Origin: Schmidtea nova
Taxonomy: Eukaryota
Direction of reading: 5' to 3'
DNA length: 64,000 nt
Assembly (NCBI GenBank): GCA_044892505.1
Contig: CM097882.1
Location: 473,928,001 to 473,992,000, forward strand
Below, piece by piece: positions 14,919 to 25,700 of the stretch; the stretch's first letter is position 1, and the number at the start of each line of letters is the position of its first letter. The notes below the pieces were generated by a model. That model searched no databases. It was not told where the DNA came from and saw only the letters and a list, made by a program, of their open reading frames with translations. Position numbers and translations under genes: made by a program.

Positions 14919-15547
14919 TGTATAATGAGGAAGATGAAAGAAAATGTCTTTGATATATTATATCCGAAAAACCTTATGTGAAGATCCGATATATTTTAAA
15001 AATAAAAACCTAAAATCGAGAAATTCAATATGTTTAAAATCAAATGGTATTCAGTCTATTTAAAATTAAAAAGGAGTATAAGATATGCGTCTCAAAAGAT
15101 CTTTTAGCATTATTTCAAAAATTAAAGTAGACCCGTCAAAGGTAATTCAATAATTATCACTTGCTTTGTCTTTTTCAAAATTCGCAAAGATCAACTAAAA
15201 GTGTTAGAAGTGCCTAAAGATCCAACCCCTGAAAGAGACAAGCGCTTCCTTAGCCTCTGAAAATAGTTTCACAAATATTTCCGTTACGAGTAGTTGATTC
15301 GCCCAATCATTATTTGCACTGAAATTTTGTTTCCTTTGACGTACTAACCACAAAATTTAATTGTCAGCTTCGGAAGATTTAATTGAAGAAATTGTCCAAC
15401 CTGAGTTTGATTAAATTTCCAAACAGTAAGTTCATTAACATTTAACTTTTCTCTGTCCAACTCAAAAGAATATTTGCAATTATTATTCAGTACTACGCTG
15501 CATTAAATAAAATATAAAACCGGCATTGTGCGTCGGACCAATAAAAA

Positions 15548-15651
15548 AAACTCCAAGAGCTTGATGCAATTGAACTTTCGTCACACCCCTTTATGCAGTC
15601 CAGACCTGGCGCCATCTAATTTTCGTCTTTTCCGATCAATGATACTTGGAT
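15548..15651 (+). pseudogene. mariner transposase fragment
   Basis: KLQELDAIELSSHP..SPDLAPSNFRLFRSM (YSPDLAPSDY motif). Confidence 0.65.
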
Positions 15652-15944
15652 CAACGTGGATCCTTTAATCTTGAGCAGATCAGATTTAGGTCGCGAATGT
15701 TTCCCAATTCCAAAGATAAGGATTTTTTTTCGACATAATCCGATAAAATTGAATGAAATTTTACATTATTCATCCATGAGTAACTCCAACCGGTGACATG
15801 GGTATTGTGAGCAATTTATATCTCATTGAATAATAAAAAAAAAACACTTAAAAAACTAATGAATATATTTATTACAAGCGCACCCACTTATTAATCCGGT
15901 ATTTAAATTCAATTACCTGCAATAAAAACATTTTTTTTTATCTA

Positions 15945-16182
15945 ATGATAAAATATTTATTAATTCTTTCGATTTTTTCGGTGCTAGTCTGTGAAATCAA
16001 TTGCTTATCGATTCAATCCGTCAAATTGTCGATCAAATACAAACTCTGCAACTATCTCATGAAGTACCGACAAATCTCCCAGCGATTCGATATTCAGAAA
16101 ATATACTCAAGGATTTGCTTGAAGTCCAGGTAATTTTCCTCTTTTTAAGTGTCAATGAAATTAATTTTTTAGATATGGATAG
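15945..16182 (+). CDS. secreted peptide precursor, NPY/NPF-like C-terminus (join 15945-16129,16173-16182; 64 aa ending CLKSRYG)
   Basis: Signal peptide MIKYLLILSIFSVLVCEINC. A 43-nt GT-AG intron (16130-16172) splits the Arg codon AG|A, followed by TAT GGA TAG. A paralog lies at 50040-50249. Confidence 0.65.
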
Positions 16183-16769
16183 TTTCGATCTGATGTCTAA
16201 AAACTACTAAGAACTCTCTGAAATAATTTTTTAAGCTTTGTTAAAAATTTTTATACTTTGCCTTTATGTAAATATATTTGTTGCCAATAAAAGCTGAAGT
16301 CGTATTCTTCGTATTTTAGTCGATTTGGTCATTTCCATCAGGCTAGTATACATTAACAGAAGGAAATTTTGAGAATTGCTGATTGCGTAATAATTGTTTT
16401 CAATCTAACACGAAACTTATGTGATGCTGCCATTTGAGTAGAGCCGTCGCCTCCCCACCTGCTCCATCTTCGGCTGCAGGGGGTCCACGAAACAATGGGG
16501 AAAAGTTTACCCAACTTTTTAGAGTAAATTATAGAGTATAAGTATGGAAGAAATCAGAATGACAGTTTAGAGATCGACCCAGGCCCCCAACATGTTAGAC
16601 ATGGTGTTATACTGATAGTGTATTATTTGTTCATGCCCTACAAATGTAAATCAAAAAGAAATATCCTCTAACAAGCCATTCAAATCGGAATTATTTTTCA
16701 TTCGAGAATTCTTTATTTTCATATGAAAATACCACTTTAACCAATATGCAGAAAGTCAATTATCTATAT

Positions 16770-17295
16770 CAGGGGTGGGCAAACTACGGTCCACGAGACC
16801 AAAACCACACAAGAGTTATGGGAAGTTAAGACTGAACTATTACATTTCAAAGCAATGACAGCTATGTTTTAAAAATATGGTTATAAAAAAAATTTAAGCA
16901 TAAGTCTTTAAGTAAAATACGGAGTTTCATCTTAAACCTTTGTATGAGACGTTTATCCTCCTGTTTTCTTATTAGTGAGGATTCGATATGACATTATGAA
17001 TAATAAATGAGTTTTAAATGTTTAAAAAAGTGAGTAAATCAACCTTTCTCTTTAAAAAGGGTTTAAAAATATACATAAAGAGTGTGAAGAGTAAATAAAA
17101 CGAATAAAATAAATAAAAGATTTAACATTTTAAAATCAAACCTGGGAGAAGCGCCTCCAATGCCAAGCACGAGACCAGGTACAACATATATGATTATTGT
17201 TATCAATGAAAAATACCTGTCAATAGGGCGAATTTCGCTAATGCGGCCCACTTTTTATAGGACAAATACCAATGCGACCCTCCGGTAAAAAAGTT
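16770..17295 (+). mobile_element. decayed non-autonomous hAT (Charlie/Buster-like) fragment
   Basis: Left end CAGGGGTGGGCAAACTACGG and subterminal ATGCGGCCC motifs near 17240-17280; right TIR not intact. Confidence 0.4.
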
Positions 17296-18317
17296 TTTTT
17301 TAATATGAGCATAAACTGGTTGCGCATAATTTTCACCTGAGGGGCTCCATTCTGAAATGTTGCAAGGGTCTACAGAAAGCACGCGACGGCTCTACATTTA
17401 AATAGTTACTTTCCTTTGTTATTTTTGACTGTTTTTTTTTCAAATAATGATTCAAACGATTCAAATTTGAAGTAGTAAGAGAAAGCATAACTTTCAAAAT
17501 AATTAATTTTTTTATTTAAATTTTCAGGAATAATTTTTGGAAATTCAAAATTTAGCGTTTGACATTTTTACATTTTTAAATGTACAAATATTTATAATTT
17601 GGATAGTTTAAATATTTTTATTTTTAAAAAACATTCATTAAAAATAACAAAATTAAGAATACATCCAATTGAAGAGATTATAACATCAGCTTCGCTTCGT
17701 ACTGAATTGAAAAAATATATTCATAATAAAAAATCTGATTTAAAAAAATTTTCAGTAAAAGTTTAGAATTCACATTCATTTACTCTATCAGAGTTGTCAA
17801 ACATTGATCACGTAATAATTTTTAATGGATCGACAATAATAATTGTTTTACATTCTCTTTCAATTTACGATTTTCAACTACTATTAAAAACTATAAAATA
17901 AGAAGAACATGCTGTGTATGTGTGAATTAATTTCAATATAAAAACCTATTTTAAAATAGATTCATTTTTTCATGTTTTACGTGTTTTTTAGTTATTTTTA
18001 ATTAAAAATATCGTGTTATAATTTTTTATTTTATTATATCTTAATTCAATTTAATAGATTTAAGTAGTAATCTTTATTTTTATTTACCCATTATAATTTT
18101 TAAAAAAAGTTTTCTTATGCTAAATTTTAGAGAATTTTTATTGACAAAAGTAGATCTTACGTAAAAATTAGTTGACAAGTCTACCTATATATTTGTTGGA
18201 TTGTTGGTGAAATATAAATTTACCAATTAATTCTCTCACTCCAATCGTGCTTTATTTTACCCACAAATTAACAATTTTCAGACAATATAAACATTTATTA
18301 ATTATCACAAATAGCTA

Positions 18318-19366
18318 TGTTCGGTTCGTATCAGTGGTTTACGACGAACACAGAAATATATATATATATATGTTTTGATTTGATTTGATTTGATTATCGG
18401 ACTCCAAACGATAATCCGCTTATATAATTATAAATAAAATATATGTTTTAGGTTGGGTGTAAAGAAAAGAAAACCAATTCTTTTTAATAAGATTTATGGC
18501 GATTTATGTATAACAATGTACAATATAATAAAATAAAATAGCTGCAAAGCAAAAGTTAGAAAATCGGTTATTCAAACCGTCCTCAGAGTTTAAGAACGAA
18601 AGCTGGACCTAAAAGGCTCAACAGCTCCGACTAAATGAAAGGACAAAAGATGAGGGCTTTCCCGGTAGTTTAATCGCGATAGTGACAACCCAGAAATGGT
18701 TGTCACTGTGACCTAATAATTTCCCTTCTAATAATTTATTATTTAACGAATTTACTGAAGGGGAAAAATAGTAATATAACTATTTCCCCGTGATCGATTT
18801 ATAGAATTAAAGCAAACTAGAAAATTTACCAGCTAATAAAGATTATTCCAATTTCGGGAAATTATCACAAATGAAATTCAAGCTAAACTTCTCGTAATAC
18901 TTCTGCCGTAAAAATTAATTTCTCCAATTCACAAATCTGTAAAACTTAGATTCTAAAATTCACTTCTGTAAAATTTATGTTCTGCCTCGACTGATTTGAC
19001 AATCAGTTTATATACAAATTATTTTCTCTCATGTAGGTCTAGACGACCACCTATTACTAACTACGTGTAGGTCGAAATTGACCTTACAAAATATTAACTT
19101 TTAAAGTAATTTATTATTACTATATATATCTTATTATTACTATTTAAATTTCTCATGTATTTATTTATTACTATATTTATTATATACTATTTAATTATTA
19201 CTATATTTATTATATGCTATTTAATTATTACTATATTTAATCTATATTTATTTATAGTAATTATTTATTTATTTTTAGTATTTTTTAATTGCTATTTCTA
19301 TTTATTTATTTACTTATAATATTTAATTACAAAAAACCCGAGATCCCTTGATCTCGAACCCTAACA
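18318..19366 (-). repeat. 3' LTR (1,049 bp)
   Basis: Matches 32195-33243 except at 18850/32727 and 19021/32898; minus-strand ends TGTTAGGG...CGAACA. Confidence 0.98.
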
Positions 19367-19368
19367 TG

Positions 19369-19378
19369 TCTTCCCCCT
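19369..19378 (-). promoter_or_regulatory. polypurine tract
   Basis: AGGGGGAAGA on the minus strand, 2 nt before the 3' LTR. Confidence 0.85.
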
Positions 19379-19680
19379 AACAAGATTTTCGTCCCGAAAA
19401 TTAAAGCGGAAAAAGACAAGAAGATGACGCAGCCAAAAATAAAAATAAAATAAAATAACAACACATGCATAAATATACATTGAATGCACTTGGTCAATAA
19501 AATAAAACAAAAATGAGTCTCATAAAACACACAATACATAAGTAATGTTAATCACAATCGATATCAAATAATAACTGTCTGTAAGCGTTAGATTGTTGAT
19601 CGCATAGCCGAAATGCTAATTGTTTGATTGATAGTTGTCATAGCTTATAGCTAGACCTTGGATTGAACGTAGCAGAAATG

Positions 19681-21837
19681 CTAGTTATCCTTTGCGAATA
19701 GGTTTTGAGCTGCTCTCTTGCGAATATGCGCTTGCTCGTTCTTGATGCGATCTTCCACTATATCTGGTCTATAACTGACCACCAATGTTTCGCGTGTTTC
19801 GACTTCCTTATATACCAAAGACGAAATCACGTATGATTTTCCGTTGGCCTCCAATACGCCATAGTAAGGGAAGTTTGAAACTGATGATTGGTGTACCGGT
19901 TTCCCGTCGTATTCTTTTATCCGAGGTACCCAATTTCTCTCTGGTCGCTGCCAAAAACTAGGGTCTTCATTGTCCAAATCCTGGGGTGTCTTTGCTGAAT
20001 TTCCCGTTCCAACGAAATCCCCTTCTCTTATAATAATAGGTTCGCCCTTAACCTCAGGAATCTGTTCCATATCGGGTGGAACGAATGCTGTTTCGATTAA
20101 ATCTTTGTCTTCCGTCGAGAGGAGATTTGGTACTTTCTTCTTGATCTTTAGATCTTGTAACCTTACAACAGGTTCTTGACTTTTCTTTGGGGGTGACTTT
20201 TCTACTGAAATCAATTTTTTAAAAGTCTTAGTAACTTTTTCCAAGAGCTTGTTCTCTTTCTTTGGTGGATTTTCTGGCACGATCTTTGTAATTGTACGGC
20301 TGTCTCCGTGTAAAGTTAAACGCATCTCTGTTTGCTCCTCACCCTCGCTTTCGCAGGTGGCGTAATCGTCTTCATCAGCTAAGGATATAGCTGGAGGGGA
20401 TAGTGATTCTTCCTCAACTATCTTTTGCAATTTGGTTGATAATGGTTGTTCCTGGGGTAAGCTCTCAATAGCTTTCCTTTTACTCGTTTCTTGTGGCTGT
20501 ATTGTATGAACCATTTTGACTTCTGATGTAATCGTCCCACTACGATTACCTGGGGTGATGTCATCTACCCAAACTTCTCTCAGTTTAAGGTAAATATTAC
20601 GTGTCGTTTCCACGTCATTTTCCGTTTTCAGATCTGAACGGTTTAGTTCTTCCTTTTCGAGAATTGACTTTGATAAATGCGCGAGTCGATAATGTCCGTT
20701 ACATTTCTTTAGTTCTCTCGCTTCCAGGCATTTTGCTGCTCCTAGTTCCCTAATGCCCAAAACTCGTTGAGGGTGTAACTGGACTGCTTCCAAGAAATCG
20801 TTGACTTGGAGACCTATTAGGATTTTCCCATCACATAATTTTCTAATACGGTCTGCGCAATCCTCTCCGTCAAATTGTCCGATGATTTCTTTTTCGGTCA
20901 TAGCATGCGGGTGCGATTGGTAATGTTTGACCTGGTTTCTGGGTGTAACCACCGTGTTTAGTATTAAATCACCACAGTAGTTTGCTATCAAAACAGCCAC
21001 CAAGGCTGGCTTTAAATAATCTCGCAAAGTTGCGTAATGCGCTGCAATAAATATTGACAATCTATCTTCTTGATTGGGGTGCAAATTCATCCGAACAAAG
21101 GATTTGAATGACTTGAGATCGTTCTCATTCACATTATAGGTCCAGGCAGGTTCATTTTTCCACAATGATTGCACTGCCTTGCTGGGTTCCAAAATCTCTA
21201 ATACCACAATAGTATTATATCCGTCACATTGGATGGAGATATTCTTTTCTCTGCCATCTCCGTTACTAATTTCTAGAGTTGATTCTGGTTGAAGTAGGAT
21301 AGGTCCTGTGGCTCCTGCCATGAAGATGGTAAAGGGTTTATTGATCGCGTGAATTAGGAGATGGTGAGTAAATGTTGATCTGTTAAATTCCGCCATGTGT
21401 TCAGTCAACCGGGTGTTCTCACGGCTGGTAATTGTGACTATGCACATTTGTCTCTTAGGCGATCCAAGAAACTTAAAATTGTTCGGGATGCCGGTGCAGT
21501 GCCCGTAATACCAATAGCGACGACCTTTCCGTGCTTCTGCGGATATCGCTTTTTCGATGTTTCGATAAATCAGTTTTTCCTTCTGTACTGTTTGCACATC
21601 GATAGTGCTATAACGCTGCTTGTATTGTGACACTTGATGCTTCATATCTGAAAGAAAAATAATTAACGTTAATATCAGATATACTGATATGCCAATATTG
21701 GCTAAAAAGAAATGCATAAATCTCGATTTACGGGATCTACTTATGCTGTAAGTTAATGCTACTCGGAGCTCAACAAGATTATAGATTTTAATATATATAT
21801 ATAAATACAAATATGCGATTTTATCTGTAATTGTCAT
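19681..21837 (-). CDS. ORF3 accessory protein (718 aa from ATG 21837, or 654 aa from ATG 21645): degenerate AlkB-like(?) region, degenerate DEDDh ISG20/REX4-like exonuclease, acidic/Lys-rich tail
   Basis: Intact long ORF inside the LTRs. PALVAVLIANYCGDLILNTVVTP...KLCDGKILIG...RLAHLSKSIL...TENDVETTRNIY aligns with REX4/ISG20 motifs. Confidence 0.75.
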   Translation of the reverse strand: MTITDKIAYLYLYIYIKIYNLVELRVALTYSISRSRKSRFMHFFLANIGISVYLILTLIIFLSDMKHQVSQYKQRYSTIDVQTVQKEKLIYRNIEKAISAEARKGRRYWYYGHCTGIPNNFKFLGSPKRQMCIVTITSRENTRLTEHMAEFNRSTFTHHLLIHAINKPFTIFMAGATGPILLQPESTLEISNGDGREKNISIQCDGYNTIVVLEILEPSKAVQSLWKNEPAWTYNVNENDLKSFKSFVRMNLHPNQEDRLSIFIAAHYATLRDYLKPALVAVLIANYCGDLILNTVVTPRNQVKHYQSHPHAMTEKEIIGQFDGEDCADRIRKLCDGKILIGLQVNDFLEAVQLHPQRVLGIRELGAAKCLEARELKKCNGHYRLAHLSKSILEKEELNRSDLKTENDVETTRNIYLKLREVWVDDITPGNRSGTITSEVKMVHTIQPQETSKRKAIESLPQEQPLSTKLQKIVEEESLSPPAISLADEDDYATCESEGEEQTEMRLTLHGDSRTITKIVPENPPKKENKLLEKVTKTFKKLISVEKSPPKKSQEPVVRLQDLKIKKKVPNLLSTEDKDLIETAFVPPDMEQIPEVKGEPIIIREGDFVGTGNSAKTPQDLDNEDPSFWQRPERNWVPRIKEYDGKPVHQSSVSNFPYYGVLEANGKSYVISSLVYKEVETRETLVVSYRPDIVEDRIKNEQAHIRKRAAQNLFAKDN

Positions 21838-22787
21838 AATCTCGTCATCATAATCCCATCAACCGACTCAATAGCCTGACTGAAGAATAATTTCATCCAA
21901 ACTCCCATTGCTATCAATGTAGTGATCATAGCTAATACTGCTGACGTAATAATCCATACCCCAACGGGTAATTTTCCCAAGTGAGTAATGGGGTTTACTT
22001 CATTAATTCCACACTGACAACTTTTAATATTGCTTTCTGTTGCTACTGTTGGTTTTACCATCTTCAATCCTTTCAATCTCTGCCATATGGCAGGATGAAT
22101 GACGTAACTCTCTTTCCGTATTAAGGATGTAACCGATTTCGTTGTCGTCGATGATTGAGGTAATTTCAAAGAGATTACTTCATAAAATACCTCATTCCAT
22201 TCATCGACTCCGAGCTTTTGTTTATTATTCATATAAGTGATATGAGCTTCCCACTCCACTGAACTGTTCCACTTGAGATTTTGTTTCTCAATATCTTCAT
22301 TTAGCCACAATTCTTGTACTATTTCCTTGTCGGAATGGATTTCTATCTTTACTCTATCCACTCCTTGTTTTGGTTGGCTGAAGGTAATCATACCTTGTTG
22401 GATATTTATCCTAACTTTCCTTTTGAAATCTGCTGTCTTCAGCTTCCATTGTGACTTTGAAAAATCTGACCATCGTCCAAACATAAAATGTTGTACAAGT
22501 ATATCTAATAAATATTCCTTTTCTGCTCGTAAGTCCTTTATGACTTTCACTCTTGTGTTTGAATCCAATGTAAAATGGAAACAACGTCGTTCACAAAACG
22601 AGAACTTGAATTTTGTATCATTTTCAGCTAATGATATTATCCTAAATTCCTGGAAAGATCTTCTGAATGCGAGATCTTGAATTTGTACCGCCGTTGGAAC
22701 AAATGTCTTTACACAGGATATAAGGCAACTTATTATTACCAAAAACGTAACTGATTTTGGCACGCCTCTTGATCGTAATGGATATCT
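21834..22787 (-). other. post-integrase type I membrane-protein module of unknown family
   Basis: RYPLRSR, then hydrophobic SVTFLVIISCLISCVKT (22704-22754), sequons NDT and NSS, and TM VGVWIITSAVLAMITTLIAMGVWMKLFF (21882-21965). Confidence 0.7.
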
Positions 22788-25700
22788 GTCTGAGACTGGT
22801 TCTGACCCTTTATCCTCTTTTTCCTTAATCGGATCTTTCTCCGTGACCGCAACTTTCTTGCATCTGTTAGCATGTACCATTATTGGTTCAGCTTTTCTAT
22901 TTGCTACTAATTGCAAGATTAAATTCGTGTCTGTGGTTCTCAAAACCTCATACGGTCCTTTGAAGTTTCTCATTAATTTTGGTGATAAGCCCTTTTTATT
23001 ATAATGGCTTTCCAACATCACCTTGTCTCCAACTAACATGCCATGTCCTTTGGCTTTCTTATCATGATAATCTTTCGATGCTTCCTGACTGAATTTTATA
23101 CTAAGACCTGCTTTTGTCCATGCTTCTTGCATTCTTTCTCTCATTTCCATGAGGTAATTTTCTTGGTCTAGATACTGTGTTGCTTTTGGGAAGAACAACA
23201 AATCTATAGGCATTTTACTTTGCCTTAAATACATGAGATAGAACGGCGTTTGTCCCGTACCCTCATGAACAGCATTTCTATATGCGAATAGGCATGATGG
23301 AATATGTATATCCCAATCCGTTTGCCCTGAATTTACGTATGATGCTAGCATATTTGCAAGCGTTCCGTTAAATCTCTCTACCAATCCGTCTGTTTGTGGA
23401 TGATACGGAGAGGTATTCAATTTTAAAATGTCGAAATAATCATTTATTCCTTTTAACAGATTACTCATGAAATCTGCTCCTCTATCTGTTAGTAGTTTTG
23501 TAGGTACTCCATACCTAAAAACGATTTGTTCTACAAAAATCCTGGCTATCGTATCTGCCTTGTGATTCGGTATCGGATAAGCCTCCGGCCATTTTGTCAG
23601 ATAATCGCAAAATACTAATATGTATTTGTTACCACTATTTGATTCTTTGAATGGCCCTAAAACATCCATTGCCGTCATTTCCATCGGTGTGGATGGTACT
23701 GGCATTGGTTTCATTGGCACATGCGGTTTCTTCCCCGTATTTCTCCTGGTGATACAGATCTTACATGACTGACACCATTCCTGTACGTCTGGTTTGATTG
23801 TCGGCCAGAAATATTTCTGCTTCAACCTTGACAATGTTTTCCTGAAAGACAAATGCCCTCCCAGTGCTCCATCATGATATTGTAACATCAAGGCTTCCCG
23901 ATATTTCTTAGGGACCATTATGACATTATCCCTTACATCCACATATTTGACTAATCCTTCTTCTAGGATAAATTTGTCTCGATTTTTCTCCCAATATTTA
24001 TTAAATTCCGTCGGTATGAACTTTGCTTCTAAAGCCTGTCTGATTTGGTTTATCTCTTCATCCGATTGTTGTGCTGCCATTAAATCCGCGAGTCTGTTTG
24101 CTTCTCTTGTAAGTGCGAAGATTGTTCCTTCTAATCTTCCTTCTTTGACATCTTCTGCTTCATCACCCTGGTCCATTCGAGAAAATGCATCTGCATTCCC
24201 ATTTTGATGTCCTTTTCGGTAATGTATTTCGATGTCGTACGGCTGCAAGATCAATGCCCATCTAACCAATTTTGATGTATCCATAGTATGCTTTGTTAAC
24301 CACTGTAATGGTCTATGATCCGTATACACAATGATCTTTCGACCCCATAAATATGTCCTGAATTGGTGTATAGCATACACAATTGCTAATGCTTCTAATT
24401 CGATAACTGCGTAATTCTTTTCGTGTGGTTTTAATCCTCTGCTAGCATACGCTATGGCATATTCGTCTCCTAGGTCATCTCTTTGACCTAACACAGCACC
24501 AATACCCCGAGTGCTGGCATCTGTCATGACCAAAAATTGTTTCTCAAAATCTGGAAACCGTAATATAGGAGGTTCCACGAGCATTCTCTTTAGCATAGCA
24601 AATGCTTCCTGTTGCTCTTTTCCCCAAACAAATTTGACATTTTTGCCCTCTAATTGTGTCAGAGGAAATGCTATTGCCGAAAAGTTCCTGATGAACTTCC
24701 TGTAATATCCCACTAAGCCCAAAAACCCTTTTATATGTTTGACTGTCTTTGGCTCTGGAAAATTCTTTGCTTTCTCAACATTTGCTGGATCTGGCTTTAC
24801 TCCATCCTTCGAGATAATGTGACCGACATAGACTACCTCTGATTCGGCCCATTTACATTTCGATGGTTTTACCTTAAGATTTGCATTAATTAACCTTTTG
24901 AATACGTCCTCTAAATGTTCTAAATGTTTTTCCAAATCTGGAGAAAATACTATGATATCATCTATGTATACCATTGCATGATGAACATCCATTAACATTA
25001 GATTCATGGCTCTTTGAAACGTTGCCGGCGCTCCTGTGAGACCAAATGGCATTACTGTATATTCGAAGTGTCCAAGGCTTGTAGAAAAAGCCGTAATTGG
25101 TATTGTCTCCTCTTTTAACTTGATTTGGTAAAATCCCTTCTGAGCATCCATCACTGAGAAATATTTTGAATTTCTCATGCGTCCGTAAATGTAATCCAAT
25201 AATGGTAATGGGTGACTATCCTTGCAAGTTGCTTCGTTTACCATTCGATAGTCGTTGCATAGTCGTACTGTTCCATCCTTTTTTGCCACTACTATCATTG
25301 GTGACTGGTATGGTGATTTACTATGCCTGATGATGTTATGTTTTAACATCAGTTTTACCTGCTTATCGACAGGTTCTTCCAAGCTAAACGGAATTCGATA
25401 CGGTCTCAGCTTTATTGGTTTAATATTGTTAAGAACAATTTCATGTTCCAACAAGTTCGTCTTTCCCAGATCATATTCGTGCTTGGCGAATACTTGATCA
25501 TATTTTCTTAACAACATGTTTACTTGAATATTCTCTCTTCGTGAAAGAGCTTTACTATTTGCCGTTGGCGCATCATAGTACTCGATGTCTGGTTCTCTAT
25601 TCTCTGCCTTCACTGTCAGGACAGATCCCCCAATCGGTAATTGATCCGACTTTGATACTCTCCCTACTCTTGTATCTGGGTACAATTTTAATGGTTTTAT

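Noticed and set aside
21650-21837. N-terminal TM of ORF3
   Set aside because: Coincides with an AT-rich stretch and a splice-acceptor pyrimidine tract, so hydrophobicity may be compositional. Left unresolved.
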